Counted from the stretch's first letter, positions 1 to 8,736 are shown. The stretch: DNA of 32,000 nucleotides from Cereibacter sphaeroides 2.4.1 (GCF_000012905.2 NC_007493.2:2460001-2492000); one strand, 5' to 3'. Program-made: numbers and translations. Notes: a model not told the origin generated them from the sequence alone.

Positions 1-132
1 GCCGTGCCACGCCTCGAACACGTCGAACTGGATCAGCGTATGGCTCAGCATGGCCAGCATGATCGCGAGCGAGCGGGTCACGTCCACGCCGTTGATGCGC
101 GCGGCGGAACTCCGGGAAGGATTGGGCGGCAT
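1..132 (-). CDS. N-terminal 44 codons of a membrane protein (acyltransferase-3/DUF1624-like guess). The gene continues past the window start.
   Basis: ATG at 132-130 with AGGA 6 nt upstream. About 40 of 44 codons end in G/C. The peptide is MPPNPSRSSAARINGVDVTRSLAIMLAMLSHTLIQFDVFEAWHG, with a hydrophobic helix after a basic N-terminus. It is absent from the ORF track because it has no stop in the window. Confidence 0.45.
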   Translation of the reverse strand, partial: MPPNPSRSSAARINGVDVTRSLAIMLAMLSHTLIQFDVFEAWHG

Positions 133-225
133 GGTCGGTCCTGCATTGGGGGCGGCTACGCGACCGGAAGTGGCGGAGCCCCCTGCCGGGAGGGAAATGG
201 TCACATCAATCGACGCGGCTCAAAC

Positions 226-255
226 GGGAACAACCGCCCGAGGGCGGTTGTTCCC
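226..255 (-). terminator. Stem-loop downstream of the DUF1013 gene; probable terminator.
   Basis: Perfect inverted repeat GGGAACAACCGCCC-GA-GGGCGGTTGTTCCC (14-nt arms). On the minus strand it is followed by GTTTG, a weak U-tract. It lies ~70 nt past the stop at 328. Confidence 0.45.
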
Positions 256-327
256 GTGGTCGCTCATCGAAGCGCCCCCATCAATGCAAAAGCCTGCTGC
301 GCCGCAGAATGAGCGGTAGACTGCCGA

Positions 328-1074
328 TCAGCGGGCCGGATCCTCGTCTTCTTCCTCGTCCGCATCGTCGCCGTGCGGCAGATTGAAGAAGGAATCGGCA
401 TCCGAGAAATCGGCGGGACGCTTTTCTTCCTCGCTGCGACCGAACTGCTCAAGGCCCGAGGGCATCCGCGGCTCGTCCGGCATCGAGAGCGACTGTTCGG
501 TGGAGACGAGCTTGCGCCGCTCGTCGTCGCTCATCACCACGCCTTCGGCGGCCTTGCGGCGGGCCGCTTGCTGCACCGCTGCGTCGAGCTCGGTCTGGCG
601 GCAGAGGCCGAGGGCGACCGGATCGATGGGCTGGATCGAGCCGATGTTCCAGTGGGTGCGCTCTCGGATCGACTGGATGGTGGGCTTGGTGGTGCCCACG
701 AGCTTGGCGATGGCGCCGTCCGAGAGCTCGGGGTGGAACTTCACCAGCCACAGGATCGCCGCCGGCCGGTCCTGCCGCTTGGAGAGCGGCGTGTAGCGCG
801 GGCCGCGGCGCTTCTCCTCGCCGACGGCGGCGGGGTTGAACTTGAGCTTCATCTTGTAGAGCGGGTCGCGCTGACCCTTCTCGATCTCGATCGCGTCGAG
901 CTGGTTGTTGGCGACGGGATCGAACCCCTTGACGCCGGTCGCCACGTCACCGTCGGCGATGCCCTGCACCTCGAGCTCGTGCATTCCGCAGAAATCGGCG
1001 ATCTGGCGGAACGAGAGGGTGGTGTTGTCGATCAGCCAGACGGCGGTGGCCTTGGACATCAGCGGCTTGTTCAT
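328..1074 (-). CDS. DUF1013 domain protein (TrcR-like cell-cycle regulator family), 248 aa.
   Basis: ORF 328..1272(-) trimmed to the ATG at 1074 (MNKPLMSKATAVWLIDNTTLSFRQIADFCGMHELEVQGIADG...). AGAGGA lies 7 nt upstream. I recall the sequence as the conserved alphaproteobacterial DUF1013 family. It has an acidic C-terminal tail (DDADEEEDEDP). Confidence 0.75.
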   Translation of the reverse strand: MNKPLMSKATAVWLIDNTTLSFRQIADFCGMHELEVQGIADGDVATGVKGFDPVANNQLDAIEIEKGQRDPLYKMKLKFNPAAVGEEKRRGPRYTPLSKRQDRPAAILWLVKFHPELSDGAIAKLVGTTKPTIQSIRERTHWNIGSIQPIDPVALGLCRQTELDAAVQQAARRKAAEGVVMSDDERRKLVSTEQSLSMPDEPRMPSGLEQFGRSEEEKRPADFSDADSFFNLPHGDDADEEEDEDPAR

Positions 1075-1158
1075 CGGACGATCCTCTGCAAATCTTGACC
1101 ATGCCGGGAAAACGGCTGCGGCCGGGCCGCGTCTTCTCGTTTTCGGGAAGTTCACGCT

Positions 1159-1171
1159 GGCATATAATGCC
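1159..1171 (+). promoter_or_regulatory. Perfect TATAAT (-10) embedded in the 13-bp palindrome GGCATATAATGCC; candidate promoter/operator for the RNase T2 gene.
   Basis: TATAAT is at 1163-1168, 27 nt upstream of the ATG at 1196, in an otherwise GC-rich divergent intergenic region. There is no good -35 (TTTTCG at 17-nt spacing). Confidence 0.4.
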
Positions 1172-1195
1172 GTTCCACCGCGAGGGGAAGTGAAA

Positions 1196-1816
1196 ATGCG
1201 TCTGCTGGCTTTCACGCTTGCGCTGGCTGCGGCTCCCGCGCTCGCAGACCACGACCGGGCGGGGGATTTCACCCATTACATCCTCGCGCTGAGCTGGGAG
1301 CCCACCTGGTGCGCACTCGAGGGCGAGGCACGCGGGGCCGAGGAATGCAGCTGGGGCCGCGGCTTCGTGCTCCACGGGCTCTGGCCGCAGCGCGAGCAGG
1401 GCTGGCCCGCCTTCTGCCTGACAACCGAGCGCGATCCGTCGCGGCGCGAGACGGCCGGGATGGCCGATCTGATCGCGCCGGGGCTCGCGTGGCATCAATG
1501 GAAGAAGCACGGCCGCTGCGCGGGCCTGCCGGCCACGGACTATTTCGCGCTGATGCGCCGCGCGGTGGAGCGCGTCGTAGTCCCCGAGCCGCTCCGGCAC
1601 CTGCCCGTGGACATCTCGCTGCCGCCCCGCGTGCTGGAAGAGGCTTTCACCGAAGCCAATCCGGGCCTCGCGCCCGAGGGCATCACCGTGGCCTGCGAGG
1701 CAGGCCATGTGCAGGAGGTGCGGATCTGCCTGACGAAGGATCTGGACTTCCGCCCCTGTGCGCTCGAGGCGCGGCCGGATTGCCCGCTGCCGCTCGCGAA
1801 GATGGACCGGCCCTAG
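1196..1816 (+). CDS. Secreted ribonuclease, T2 family, 206 aa.
   Basis: ORF 905..1816 trimmed to the ATG at 1196 with GAGGGGAAG upstream. The signal peptide is MRLLAFTLALAAAPALA. The RNase T2 active-site motifs FVLHGLWPQ (CAS I) and HQWKKHGRCAG (CAS II) are present. Confidence 0.85.
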   Translation: MRLLAFTLALAAAPALADHDRAGDFTHYILALSWEPTWCALEGEARGAEECSWGRGFVLHGLWPQREQGWPAFCLTTERDPSRRETAGMADLIAPGLAWHQWKKHGRCAGLPATDYFALMRRAVERVVVPEPLRHLPVDISLPPRVLEEAFTEANPGLAPEGITVACEAGHVQEVRICLTKDLDFRPCALEARPDCPLPLAKMDRP

Positions 1817-1841
1817 GCGGTTCTCGCCCGGCGGAGGAAGG

Positions 1842-1860
1842 CCGGGGGCGCTGCCCCCGG
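1842..1860 (+). terminator. GC hairpin after the RNase T2 gene.
   Basis: CCGGGGGC-GCT-GCCCCCGG (8-bp stem) lies 26 nt after the stop. There is no adjacent T-tract, so this is only terminator-like. Confidence 0.3.
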
Positions 1861-2065
1861 ACCCCCGGGATATTTGAACCAGAATGAATGAGGGGAGGGT
1901 GAGGTCGGGCGTTCGAGGTCGCGTTGCGGCGGATGTCCCTGGGGGGGGCCGCGAGGCTGTTTCCCCGGGGGGCTTCGGGAAGGGACGGACGGTCCGGTCC
2001 TGTGGCGCCGCGCGGGGGACGGCGTGCCCTTCGGGGCAACCGGGAGAAGCCTGGCCGGCGGCAGC

Positions 2066-2100
2066 GCCGGAGGCGGGGGTTCGATGCCCCCGCCTCCGGC
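2066..2100. other. 14-bp perfect stem-loop with a TTCGATG loop in the convergent RNase T2/qor gap.
   Basis: GCCGGAGGCGGGGG-TTCGATG-CCCCCGCCTCCGGC lies 20 nt beyond the qor stop (2120). It is a likely transcript-end or stabilising hairpin. See the findings section. Confidence 0.5.
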
Positions 2101-2119
2101 TCCCCCGGGCCGGTCCGGC

Positions 2120-3088
2120 TCAGAGTTTCAGGACGATCTTGCCGATGTGGGACGAGCCTTCCATGCGGGCATGTGCCTCGGCCGCCTGCTCGATCGGGAA
2201 CTCGCTGTCGATCACCGGGCGCAGCGCGCCGCGCGCGACCAGCGGCCAGACCTGCGTCTCGATGTCGCGGGCATAGCGGGCCTTGGCCAGATCGCTCTGC
2301 GGCCGGAGCGTGGACCCGGTGATCGTCAGCCGGCGCATCATCACCTCGGCGAAGTTCAGCTCCACCTTCGTGCCCTCGAGGAAGGCGATCTGCACCAGCC
2401 GTCCCTCGGTCGCGAGCGCCTTGACGTTGCGCGGCAGGTAGCTGCCGCCCACCATGTCGAGGATCAGGTCCGCTCCGCCTTCGGCCTTGAGCACGGCCAC
2501 GAAATCCTCCTCGCGGTAGTTGATCGCCCGTTCCGCCCCGAGCGCCCGGCAGGCCGCGCATTTCTCCTCGGAGCCGGCGGTGGCGAAGACGCGGGCGCCC
2601 AAGGCCGCGGCCAGCTGGATCGCGGTGGTGCCGATCCCCGACGAGCCGCCATGGACGAGGAAGCGCTCGCCCGCCCGGAGCCCGCCGCGGAGCGCCACGT
2701 TCGACCAGACGGTGAAGCAGGTCTCGGGCAGGCAGGCGGCCTCGCGCAGGGTGAGCCCCGACGGCACCGGCAGCGCATGGTCGGCCGGGGTCACCGCATA
2801 GTCGGCATAGCCGCCGCCCGGCAGCAGGGCGCAAACCTCCTCGCCCACGCGCCAGCGGGTGACGCCCGGGCCCACCGCCGCGACGGTTCCCGAGGCCTCG
2901 AGCCCCGGCAGCGGCGAGGCGCCGGGCGGAGGCGCATAAGCGCCCGCGCGCTGCAGCGCATCGGGTCGGTTGACCCCGGCATAGGCCACGCGGATCAGGA
3001 TCTGGCCGTGGCCGGGCACCGGGACCGGCACCGTGGCGGGGCGCAGGACCTCGGGCCCTCCGGGTCGGCTGATCTCGATGGCACGCAT
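2120..3088 (-). CDS. qor: NADPH:quinone oxidoreductase (zeta-crystallin/PIG3-type MDR), 322 aa.
   Basis: ORF 2120..3226(-) trimmed to the ATG at 3088 (MRAIEISRPGGPEVL...). It shows the MDR motifs, including the GGSSGIGTTAIQLA nucleotide-binding loop. An alternative GTG start 6 codons upstream (3106) has GAGGAG 6 nt before it. Confidence 0.85.
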   Translation of the reverse strand: MRAIEISRPGGPEVLRPATVPVPVPGHGQILIRVAYAGVNRPDALQRAGAYAPPPGASPLPGLEASGTVAAVGPGVTRWRVGEEVCALLPGGGYADYAVTPADHALPVPSGLTLREAACLPETCFTVWSNVALRGGLRAGERFLVHGGSSGIGTTAIQLAAALGARVFATAGSEEKCAACRALGAERAINYREEDFVAVLKAEGGADLILDMVGGSYLPRNVKALATEGRLVQIAFLEGTKVELNFAEVMMRRLTITGSTLRPQSDLAKARYARDIETQVWPLVARGALRPVIDSEFPIEQAAEAHARMEGSSHIGKIVLKL

Positions 3089-3200
3089 CGTCTCGGGCAG
3101 GCTCACGCGGATCTCCTCGATTGGGGGGCTGGACCGGCGGCGATCCGGCCCGGAACTGTCTGGCGGCCGGGGCCGCATCCCGGTCGCGGCAGCGGCTGTG

Positions 3201-3221
3201 AAATGCCCGCCCGCGCGGGCA
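3201..3221 (-). terminator. Hairpin plus short U-run after the COQ9-like gene.
   Basis: TGCCCGC-CCGC-GCGGGCA (3204-3221) is followed on the minus strand by TTT (3201-3203). It lies 29 nt past the stop at 3250. Confidence 0.4.
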
Positions 3222-3249
3222 GGCATCGGAAGCGCGCGCGGGCTTCTCC

Positions 3250-3942
3250 TCAGAAGCGGCTCGACCGGCCCGGCACATCGGCCGGCGGAGCGGGGGCATG
3301 AACACGGCGCATCACCATCCGCGGCCCTGCCGTCACGGCGCGCAGGAGCGGGTTGCGCTGCGCCTCGGTCTTCATCTTCTCGAAGCGCAGCACGTCGGCG
3401 ATGCGGCGGTCGAGGAACTCCCAGGTGGCATAGTGCCCGGGCGTATCGTCGCCCAGCCAGTAGAGCACGGTCGCCGCATAGACCGCCGAGAGCGTCGCCC
3501 GCTTGGTGTACCAGTTCAGGTCGCGCGAGCTGTCGCCGAGCGCCGTCCAGATCCGGTCGGCCGTGCCCCAGAGCGCGCGCGCGCCGTCGCCCGCATGCTG
3601 CGGCAGGCTGAAGAGGGTGGAGCCGCGCCGGACCAGCTCCTTGTCCTCGACCGCCTCGAGCCGGAAGCGGATCAGCGCCGCCACCCGCTCGGAATAGCGC
3701 AGGGCTCCCAGATCCGCGGCCGCCGCCTTCTCGAGCATCCGCTCGTCGCCGCGTCGGTGGTAGGCCAGCGCAAGATCCACCCCGCCGCGCGGAAAGAGCG
3801 CGCGCGCCAGCCCCGGCGCCACGCCCGAATCGCGGATCGCGGCCCGCAGCGTGGTTTCCGACCAGCCGTCGAAGGGCACATGCATCACCGCCGCGTCGAG
3901 GATGGCGTCGCGGGTCTTCTCGTTTCCGTCGCGTGTATCCAT
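3250..3942 (-). CDS. COQ9-family / rpsU-divergently-transcribed protein, 230 aa.
   Basis: ORF 3250..4080(-) trimmed to the ATG at 3942 (MDTRDGNEKTRDAILDAAVMHVPFDGWSE...), with GGAAAGGAAA upstream. The divergent pairing with rpsU is the hallmark of this alphaproteobacterial family. Confidence 0.75.
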   Translation of the reverse strand: MDTRDGNEKTRDAILDAAVMHVPFDGWSETTLRAAIRDSGVAPGLARALFPRGGVDLALAYHRRGDERMLEKAAAADLGALRYSERVAALIRFRLEAVEDKELVRRGSTLFSLPQHAGDGARALWGTADRIWTALGDSSRDLNWYTKRATLSAVYAATVLYWLGDDTPGHYATWEFLDRRIADVLRFEKMKTEAQRNPLLRAVTAGPRMVMRRVHAPAPPADVPGRSSRF

Positions 3943-4067
3943 GGCGTTTCCTTTCCGGTTCCCTGCGCGCGGGAGGGTCTGCTGTCCGCCCCTGCTGACG
4001 GAGAACTGAGCCGCTTGTCCAGTGCGTCCAGTGTCCCGCGCTCCGCCCCGGCAGGGGCCGCGGGTGG

Positions 4068-4095
4068 TGGACAGCCCCACCCGTCTCTGTTATAG
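4068..4095 (+). promoter_or_regulatory. Candidate sigma70-type rpsU promoter.
   Basis: TGGACA (4068-4073), a 16-nt spacer, then TTATAG (4090-4095), ~55 nt upstream of the rpsU ATG. This is a pattern match only. Confidence 0.35.
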
Positions 4096-4148
4096 GCGCC
4101 CGACCTGCTACTCTTGCAACTCTAACCTAGGAAGGTGGTGACAACCAC

Positions 4149-4355
4149 ATGCAGGTCAGCGTCCGCGACAACAACGTCGAACAGGCCCTCCGGGCCCTCA
4201 AGAAAAAGCTCCAGCGCGAAGGCGTGTTCCGCGAAATGAAGCTCAAGCAGCATTTCGAGAAACCCTCCGTCAAGCGCGCCCGTGAGCAAGCCGAAGCGGT
4301 CCGCCGTGCGCGCAAGCTCGCGCGCAAGAAGGCGCAGCGCGAAGGCGCTCTCTGA
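4149..4355 (+). CDS. rpsU: 30S ribosomal protein S21, 68 aa.
   Basis: [61 protein letters not shown] is a typical S21 sequence. The SD is GGAAGGTGGTG. Confidence 0.95.
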   Translation: MQVSVRDNNVEQALRALKKKLQREGVFREMKLKQHFEKPSVKRAREQAEAVRRARKLARKKAQREGAL

Positions 4356-4400
4356 GACGTCAGCGCGAAGCTGGGCGGGCCCCCGGGCTCGCCGCCATCG

Positions 4401-4436
4401 GACCCCCGTCGCGCAAGTGTCGGGGGTTTTTCTTTC
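4401..4436 (+). terminator. Rho-independent terminator of rpsU.
   Basis: The stem is ACCCCCG/CGGGGGT with a 12-nt loop, followed by TTTTTCTTT. Confidence 0.75.
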
Positions 4437-4628
4437 GGGTGCGGCACAGGCGCGCGGCGGAGCATCGCCACCAAGGGTTGCAATGCGGGAGCCGGATGGT
4501 TTTATCCGCGTTAACCTTGACAGGATCCGCGCCGCGCGGCCTGTGTGGCCCGACACAAGGGGCCCCTGCCCCGACCGAAGACCGCACCCATCGCAAGACC
4601 AAGCCCCAAGTCAGAAGGCACCTCCTCC

Positions 4629-5327
4629 ATGGCGATCGACCTGCTCTCGACCTTCATCAAGCCGATGCACCGCGAGGGCACCAAGTTCGTCGCCATCTTC
4701 GCCGTGGTCACGCTCGTCCTGTTCCTGATCTGGGAGCCGCTCGGCTGGATCGGCGTGGGCCTCACGGTCTGGTGCTACTACTTCTTCCGCGATCCGGTGC
4801 GCGTCACGCCGACGCGTGAGGGGCTGATCGTAAGCCCGGCCGACGGGGTCGTGTCGCTGATCGAGCCCGCCGTGCCGCCGGCCGAGCTCGGCATGGGACC
4901 CGCGCCCATGACCCGCGTCTCGGTCTTCATGAACGTCTTCGACTGCCATGTGAACCGTGCGCCCATCGGCGGCACGGTGACGGCCGTCGCCTATCGTCCG
5001 GGCAAGTTCCTGAACGCCTCGCTCGACAAGGCGAGCGAGGACAACGAGCGCAATGCGCTGGCGATCCGTCTCGCCGACGGCCGCCAGATCGCCGTCGTGC
5101 AGATCGCGGGCCTCGTGGCGCGCCGGATCCTCTGCGAGGTGCGCGAGGGCACGCCGCTGCTGACGGGCGAGCGGTTCGGGATGATCCGCTTCGGCTCGCG
5201 GCTCGACGTCTATCTGCCCGAGGGCGTGCAGCCGCTCGTCTGCCTCGGTCAGGTCATGACCTCGGGCGAGACCGTGCTTGCCGACCTCGCCAGCCCGGAG
5301 GCGCGCCGCACCGGCGCGGCGCGCTGA
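4629..5327 (+). CDS. psd: Phosphatidylserine decarboxylase proenzyme (short type), 232 aa.
   Basis: ORF 4545..5327 trimmed to the ATG at 4629 ([17 protein letters not shown]...). The FGSRLD motif holds the Gly-Ser self-cleavage/pyruvoyl site. The start is uncertain because the SD is weak. Confidence 0.85.
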   Translation: MAIDLLSTFIKPMHREGTKFVAIFAVVTLVLFLIWEPLGWIGVGLTVWCYYFFRDPVRVTPTREGLIVSPADGVVSLIEPAVPPAELGMGPAPMTRVSVFMNVFDCHVNRAPIGGTVTAVAYRPGKFLNASLDKASEDNERNALAIRLADGRQIAVVQIAGLVARRILCEVREGTPLLTGERFGMIRFGSRLDVYLPEGVQPLVCLGQVMTSGETVLADLASPEARRTGAAR

Positions 5328-5330
5328 GCC

Positions 5331-6068
5331 ATGCTGCGGCGCGACGACCGGACCCTGCCGATCCTGATGCTGCTGCCGAACCTGGTGACGATCACCGGGC
5401 TCTGCGCGGGGCTCACGGCGATCCGCTTCATCATGGTGGGCCGCTTCGATCTGGCCGCGATGCTGATCGTCTTCGCGGCCGCCATCGACGGGCTGGACGG
5501 GCTGATCGCCCGGCGCCTCAATGCGCAGTCGAGCTTCGGGGCCGAACTCGATTCGCTGTCGGACTTCCTGAATTTCGGCGTGACGCCCGGGCTCCTCGTC
5601 TTTCAATATGCGCTGGCGGGCACCTATTCCACGAGCTGGATCTTCGTCCTCGTCTACACGATCTGCGGCTGCCTGCGGCTAGCGCGCTTCAACATCAACC
5701 GCGACACGCCCCTGCCGCCCGGCACCAAGCCGCATTTCACGGGCGTTCCCGCGCCCGGCGGCGCGCTTCTGGCGCTGCTCCCGGTCTTCATGTCGCTTCA
5801 GGGCCTGATCGACGCCCGCGACTTTCCCGTGGCCTACGGCATCTATCTCGCGCTGGTGGGCCTCATGATGACGAGCCGCATACCCACCATCTCGCCCAAG
5901 TCGATGCGCATCCCGCGCGACAAGGCGATCTTCGTGCTGATCGGCACGGTCATCGTGATCGGCCTGCTCGTCACGCGCTTCTGGCTGCTGATGGTGCTGG
6001 TCGGGCTGGTCTATCTGGTCGTGACGGGCTTTGCCATCGTGACCTACCTGCGCCGCTGGCGCTCCTGA
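5331..6068 (+). CDS. pssA: CDP-diacylglycerol--serine O-phosphatidyltransferase, 245 aa.
   Basis: The CDP-alcohol phosphatidyltransferase motif DGLDGLIARRLNAQSSFGAELDSLSD is present in a multi-TM protein. The gene starts 3 nt after the psd stop. Confidence 0.9.
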   Translation: MLRRDDRTLPILMLLPNLVTITGLCAGLTAIRFIMVGRFDLAAMLIVFAAAIDGLDGLIARRLNAQSSFGAELDSLSDFLNFGVTPGLLVFQYALAGTYSTSWIFVLVYTICGCLRLARFNINRDTPLPPGTKPHFTGVPAPGGALLALLPVFMSLQGLIDARDFPVAYGIYLALVGLMMTSRIPTISPKSMRIPRDKAIFVLIGTVIVIGLLVTRFWLLMVLVGLVYLVVTGFAIVTYLRRWRS

Positions 6069-6091
6069 GACAACGGAAGAGGGACGGACGG

Positions 6092-6706
6092 ATGGAACTT
6101 GACGCGGTAAGCCGGAGCTACAAACGCTGGGCGCCGATCTACGACTTCAGCTTCGGCAAGGTGAGCGAGAGCCCGCGGCGCCGGACGGCGGCCCATGTGA
6201 ATGCCCGCGGCGGCCGCGTGCTCGAGGTGGGCGTGGGCACGGGCCTGTCGCTGCCGCTCTACAGCCACCGGGTGGCCGTGACGGGGATCGACTTCTCGCA
6301 CGAGATGCTGGCCCGGGCCCGCGAGAAGGTCGAGGAGATGGGCCTCGAGCCGGTCAAGGAGCTGCGCCAGATGGATGCGCGCGAGCTCGACTTCCCCGAC
6401 GAGACCTTCGACACGGTCGTGGCCATGTTCCTCGTCTCGGTCGTTCCCGAACCCGAGCGCGTGGTCTCGGAGATGGCGCGCGTCTGCCGCAAGGGCGGCG
6501 AGGTGGTGATCGTGAACCATTTCGCGCGCGACAAGGGCCCGCTCGCCGCCGTCGAGAAGGCGCTGGCGCGGTTCGAGAACACGCTGGGCTGGCACTCCGA
6601 CTTCGCGATCGAGCGCGTGACCGCCGATCCGCGCCTCGAGGTGGTCGAGCAGACCCCGATGAGCCCCGGCGGCCTCTTCACCTTCCTGCGCTTCCAGCGC
6701 CGCTGA
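6092..6706 (+). CDS. pmtA: Class I SAM-dependent methyltransferase, probable phosphatidylethanolamine N-methyltransferase (Rhodobacter-type PmtA), 204 aa.
   Basis: The SAM-binding motif is VLEVGVGTGL. The ~22 kDa size matches the published R. sphaeroides PmtA. It sits directly after psd-pssA. The assignment rests on context plus recall. Confidence 0.6.
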   Translation: MELDAVSRSYKRWAPIYDFSFGKVSESPRRRTAAHVNARGGRVLEVGVGTGLSLPLYSHRVAVTGIDFSHEMLARAREKVEEMGLEPVKELRQMDARELDFPDETFDTVVAMFLVSVVPEPERVVSEMARVCRKGGEVVIVNHFARDKGPLAAVEKALARFENTLGWHSDFAIERVTADPRLEVVEQTPMSPGGLFTFLRFQRR

Positions 6707-6744
6707 TCCTTCCATCCCGCGCCGTCCGCGGCGCGGGACCCGTC

Positions 6745-7203
6745 TCAGACGGGGATGGCCGTCGTCTTGAACACGGTGCGCAGCGCGAAGCTCGAATGCA
6801 TCTGCGCCACCCCCGGCAGCCGCGACAGATACTGGCGGTGGATGCGGGCGAAATCCTCGGTATCCTGCGCCACGATCTTCAGCAGGTAATCCGCCGTCCC
6901 CGCCATCAGGTGACATTCGAGGATATCGGGCACGCGCGCCACCTCGCGCTCGAACCTGTCGAGCAGATCGTCGGCCTGCCCCTGCAGCGTGATCTCGACG
7001 AAGACCGTTGTGGGCCGAGCCAGCTTGCGGGCGTCGAGCAGCGCCACATAGCCCGCGATATAGCCCTCCTCCTCCAGCCGCTGCACGCGCCGGTGACAGG
7101 CCGAGGGCGAGAGGTTCACCCGCTCGGACAGCTCCGCATTGGTGATGCGGCCCTGTTTCTGCAGGACGGTCAGGATTCGGCGGTCTGTCGCGTCAAGTTC
7201 CAT
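6745..7203 (-). CDS. Lrp/AsnC family transcriptional regulator (AldR-like), 152 aa.
   Basis: [49 protein letters not shown] is the HTH, followed by an AsnC-type ligand domain. The gene is divergent from ald. Confidence 0.9.
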   Translation of the reverse strand: MELDATDRRILTVLQKQGRITNAELSERVNLSPSACHRRVQRLEEEGYIAGYVALLDARKLARPTTVFVEITLQGQADDLLDRFEREVARVPDILECHLMAGTADYLLKIVAQDTEDFARIHRQYLSRLPGVAQMHSSFALRTVFKTTAIPV

Positions 7204-7342
7204 TCGGATGCAATCTTCTTCGGCTCGAGGGGCGGTCTGCGAAAGAACCTACCGCCCTGCCCCGGCGTCGTCACGTACCTTTTCAAAGCACCGCCCCTGC
7301 TCCGAGTGCATCCTGAGAGAAAATCGCACAGGGAGGAAAGCG

Positions 7343-8461
7343 ATGAGGATCGGTTGCCCGAAGGAGATCAAGCCGCAGGAATTCCGCGTGGGCCTCACGC
7401 CCCATGCCGCGCGTGAGGCCGCAAGTCACGGGCACGAGGTGCTCGTCGAGGCCGGGGCCGGCGCCGGCGCAGGATTCTCCGACGAGGATTACCGCGCCGC
7501 GGGCGCGCGCCTCGTCGACACCGCCGAAGAGCTCTTCGCCGCGGCGGAGCTGATCGTGAAGGTGAAGGAGCCGCAGCCGGTCGAGCGCCAGCGGCTCCGC
7601 GAGGGCCAGCTGCTCTTCACCTATCTGCATCTCGCACCCGACCCTGAGCAGACGCGCGACCTGATGGCCTCGGGCGTGACCGCCATCGCCTACGAGACGG
7701 TGACGGATGCCCGCGGCGGGCTGCCGCTCCTTGCCCCCATGTCCGAGGTCGCGGGGCGGCTTGCGCCGCAGGTGGGCGCCTGGACGCTGCAGAAGGCCAA
7801 TGGCGGGCGCGGCGTGCTTCTGGGCGGCGTCCCCGGCGTGGGGCCCGCGAAGGTCGTGGTGATCGGCGGCGGCGTGGTGGGCACCCATGCCGCGCGGATC
7901 GCGGCCGGGATGGGGGCGGATGTGACCGTGCTCGACCGCTCGCTGCCCCGGCTCCGGGCGCTCGACGAGGCCTTCGGCACGCTCTTCCGCACCTCCTACG
8001 CCTCCAGCGGCACCACGGCCGAGCTGGTGACGGCGGCCGATCTCGTGATCGGGGCGGTGCTCATCCCCGGCGCGGCGGCCCCGAAGCTCGTGAGCCGCGC
8101 GCAGCTCGGCACGATGAAGCCGGGCGCGGCCATCGTGGATGTGGCGATCGATCAGGGCGGCTGCTTCGAGACTTCGCGGCCGACGACGCATCAGGATCCG
8201 ATCTACGAGGTGGACGGGGTGATGCACTACTGCGTGGCCAACATGCCCGGAGCCGTCGCCCGCACCTCGACGCTGGCCCTCGGCAACGCCACCATGCCCT
8301 TCCTCCTCGCCCTCGCGGACAAGGGCTGGAAGCGCGCCTGCGAGGAGGACCCGCATCTTCTGGCGGGCCTCAACACCCATGCCGGGCACCTGACCTACTA
8401 TGCCGTGGGCCGGGCGCTCGAGATCGACGTGCTCTCGCCGCAACTGGCCCTGAAGATGTGA
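7343..8461 (+). CDS. ald: Alanine dehydrogenase, 372 aa.
   Basis: ORF 7139..8461 trimmed to the ATG at 7343 with GGGAGGAAAG upstream. It reads [20 protein letters not shown]..., with the Rossmann loop [12 protein letters not shown]. Confidence 0.92.
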   Translation: MRIGCPKEIKPQEFRVGLTPHAAREAASHGHEVLVEAGAGAGAGFSDEDYRAAGARLVDTAEELFAAAELIVKVKEPQPVERQRLREGQLLFTYLHLAPDPEQTRDLMASGVTAIAYETVTDARGGLPLLAPMSEVAGRLAPQVGAWTLQKANGGRGVLLGGVPGVGPAKVVVIGGGVVGTHAARIAAGMGADVTVLDRSLPRLRALDEAFGTLFRTSYASSGTTAELVTAADLVIGAVLIPGAAAPKLVSRAQLGTMKPGAAIVDVAIDQGGCFETSRPTTHQDPIYEVDGVMHYCVANMPGAVARTSTLALGNATMPFLLALADKGWKRACEEDPHLLAGLNTHAGHLTYYAVGRALEIDVLSPQLALKM

Positions 8462-8468
8462 GCCCTTC

Positions 8469-8492
8469 CGGAGCGCCGTCCCCGGCGCTCCG
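8469..8492 (+). terminator. Hairpin after ald.
   Basis: CGGAGCGCCG-TCCC-CGGCGCTCCG (10-bp stem) begins 8 nt after the stop. There is no T-tract. Confidence 0.4.
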
Positions 8493-8736
8493 CCCGTCGG
8501 CTTCCGGGCCCCTCCGGCGCGCAACGAACCGGAGGGGTCTCGGCACAGAAGCGCCGCCGGGGGAGCTTCCCGAACGGCATGGTCGGGCGGATCGTCCCGC
8601 CCGGATGCGAACCGGCGCAGGGCTTAGACCCGGCCGATCCGGTGCCCGTCACCGCCCTTTCGCCCATCGGTGACGCACAGCCATTGCCCCGGCGCTCGAC
8701 AGGTGGGCGTGACCGTCACCCCCGGCTTTCTGCCGC

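Noticed and set aside
4-319. Plus-strand ORFs 4..312 and 50..319 at the left edge.
   Set aside because: Their translations are junk-like. The minus strand from 132 to 1 has far better GC3 and a plausible membrane-protein N-terminus, and the remaining 133-327 holds a terminator hairpin.
2066-2100. A possible tRNA gene suggested by the GGGGGTTCGATGCCCCC T-arm-like sequence.
   Set aside because: No D-arm or anticodon arm is present. The helix is continuous for 14 bp, so it is a hairpin and not a cloverleaf.
1683-3305. A 540-aa minus-strand ORF, plus the 425-aa plus-strand ORF 2024..3301, both overlapping the qor locus.
   Set aside because: These are Arg/Pro/Gly/Ala-rich translations with no recognisable motifs. 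They lie out of frame with or antisense to a gene that has clear MDR/quinone oxidoreductase motifs. They are typical high-GC shadow ORFs.
4502-4522. A DnaA-box-like TTATCCGCG next to a perfect TTGACA, between rpsU and psd.
   Set aside because: There is a single degenerate box (7/9) with no cluster or AT-rich unwinding element. The TTGACA has no acceptable -10 at 16-18 nt, so neither an origin nor a promoter could be supported.
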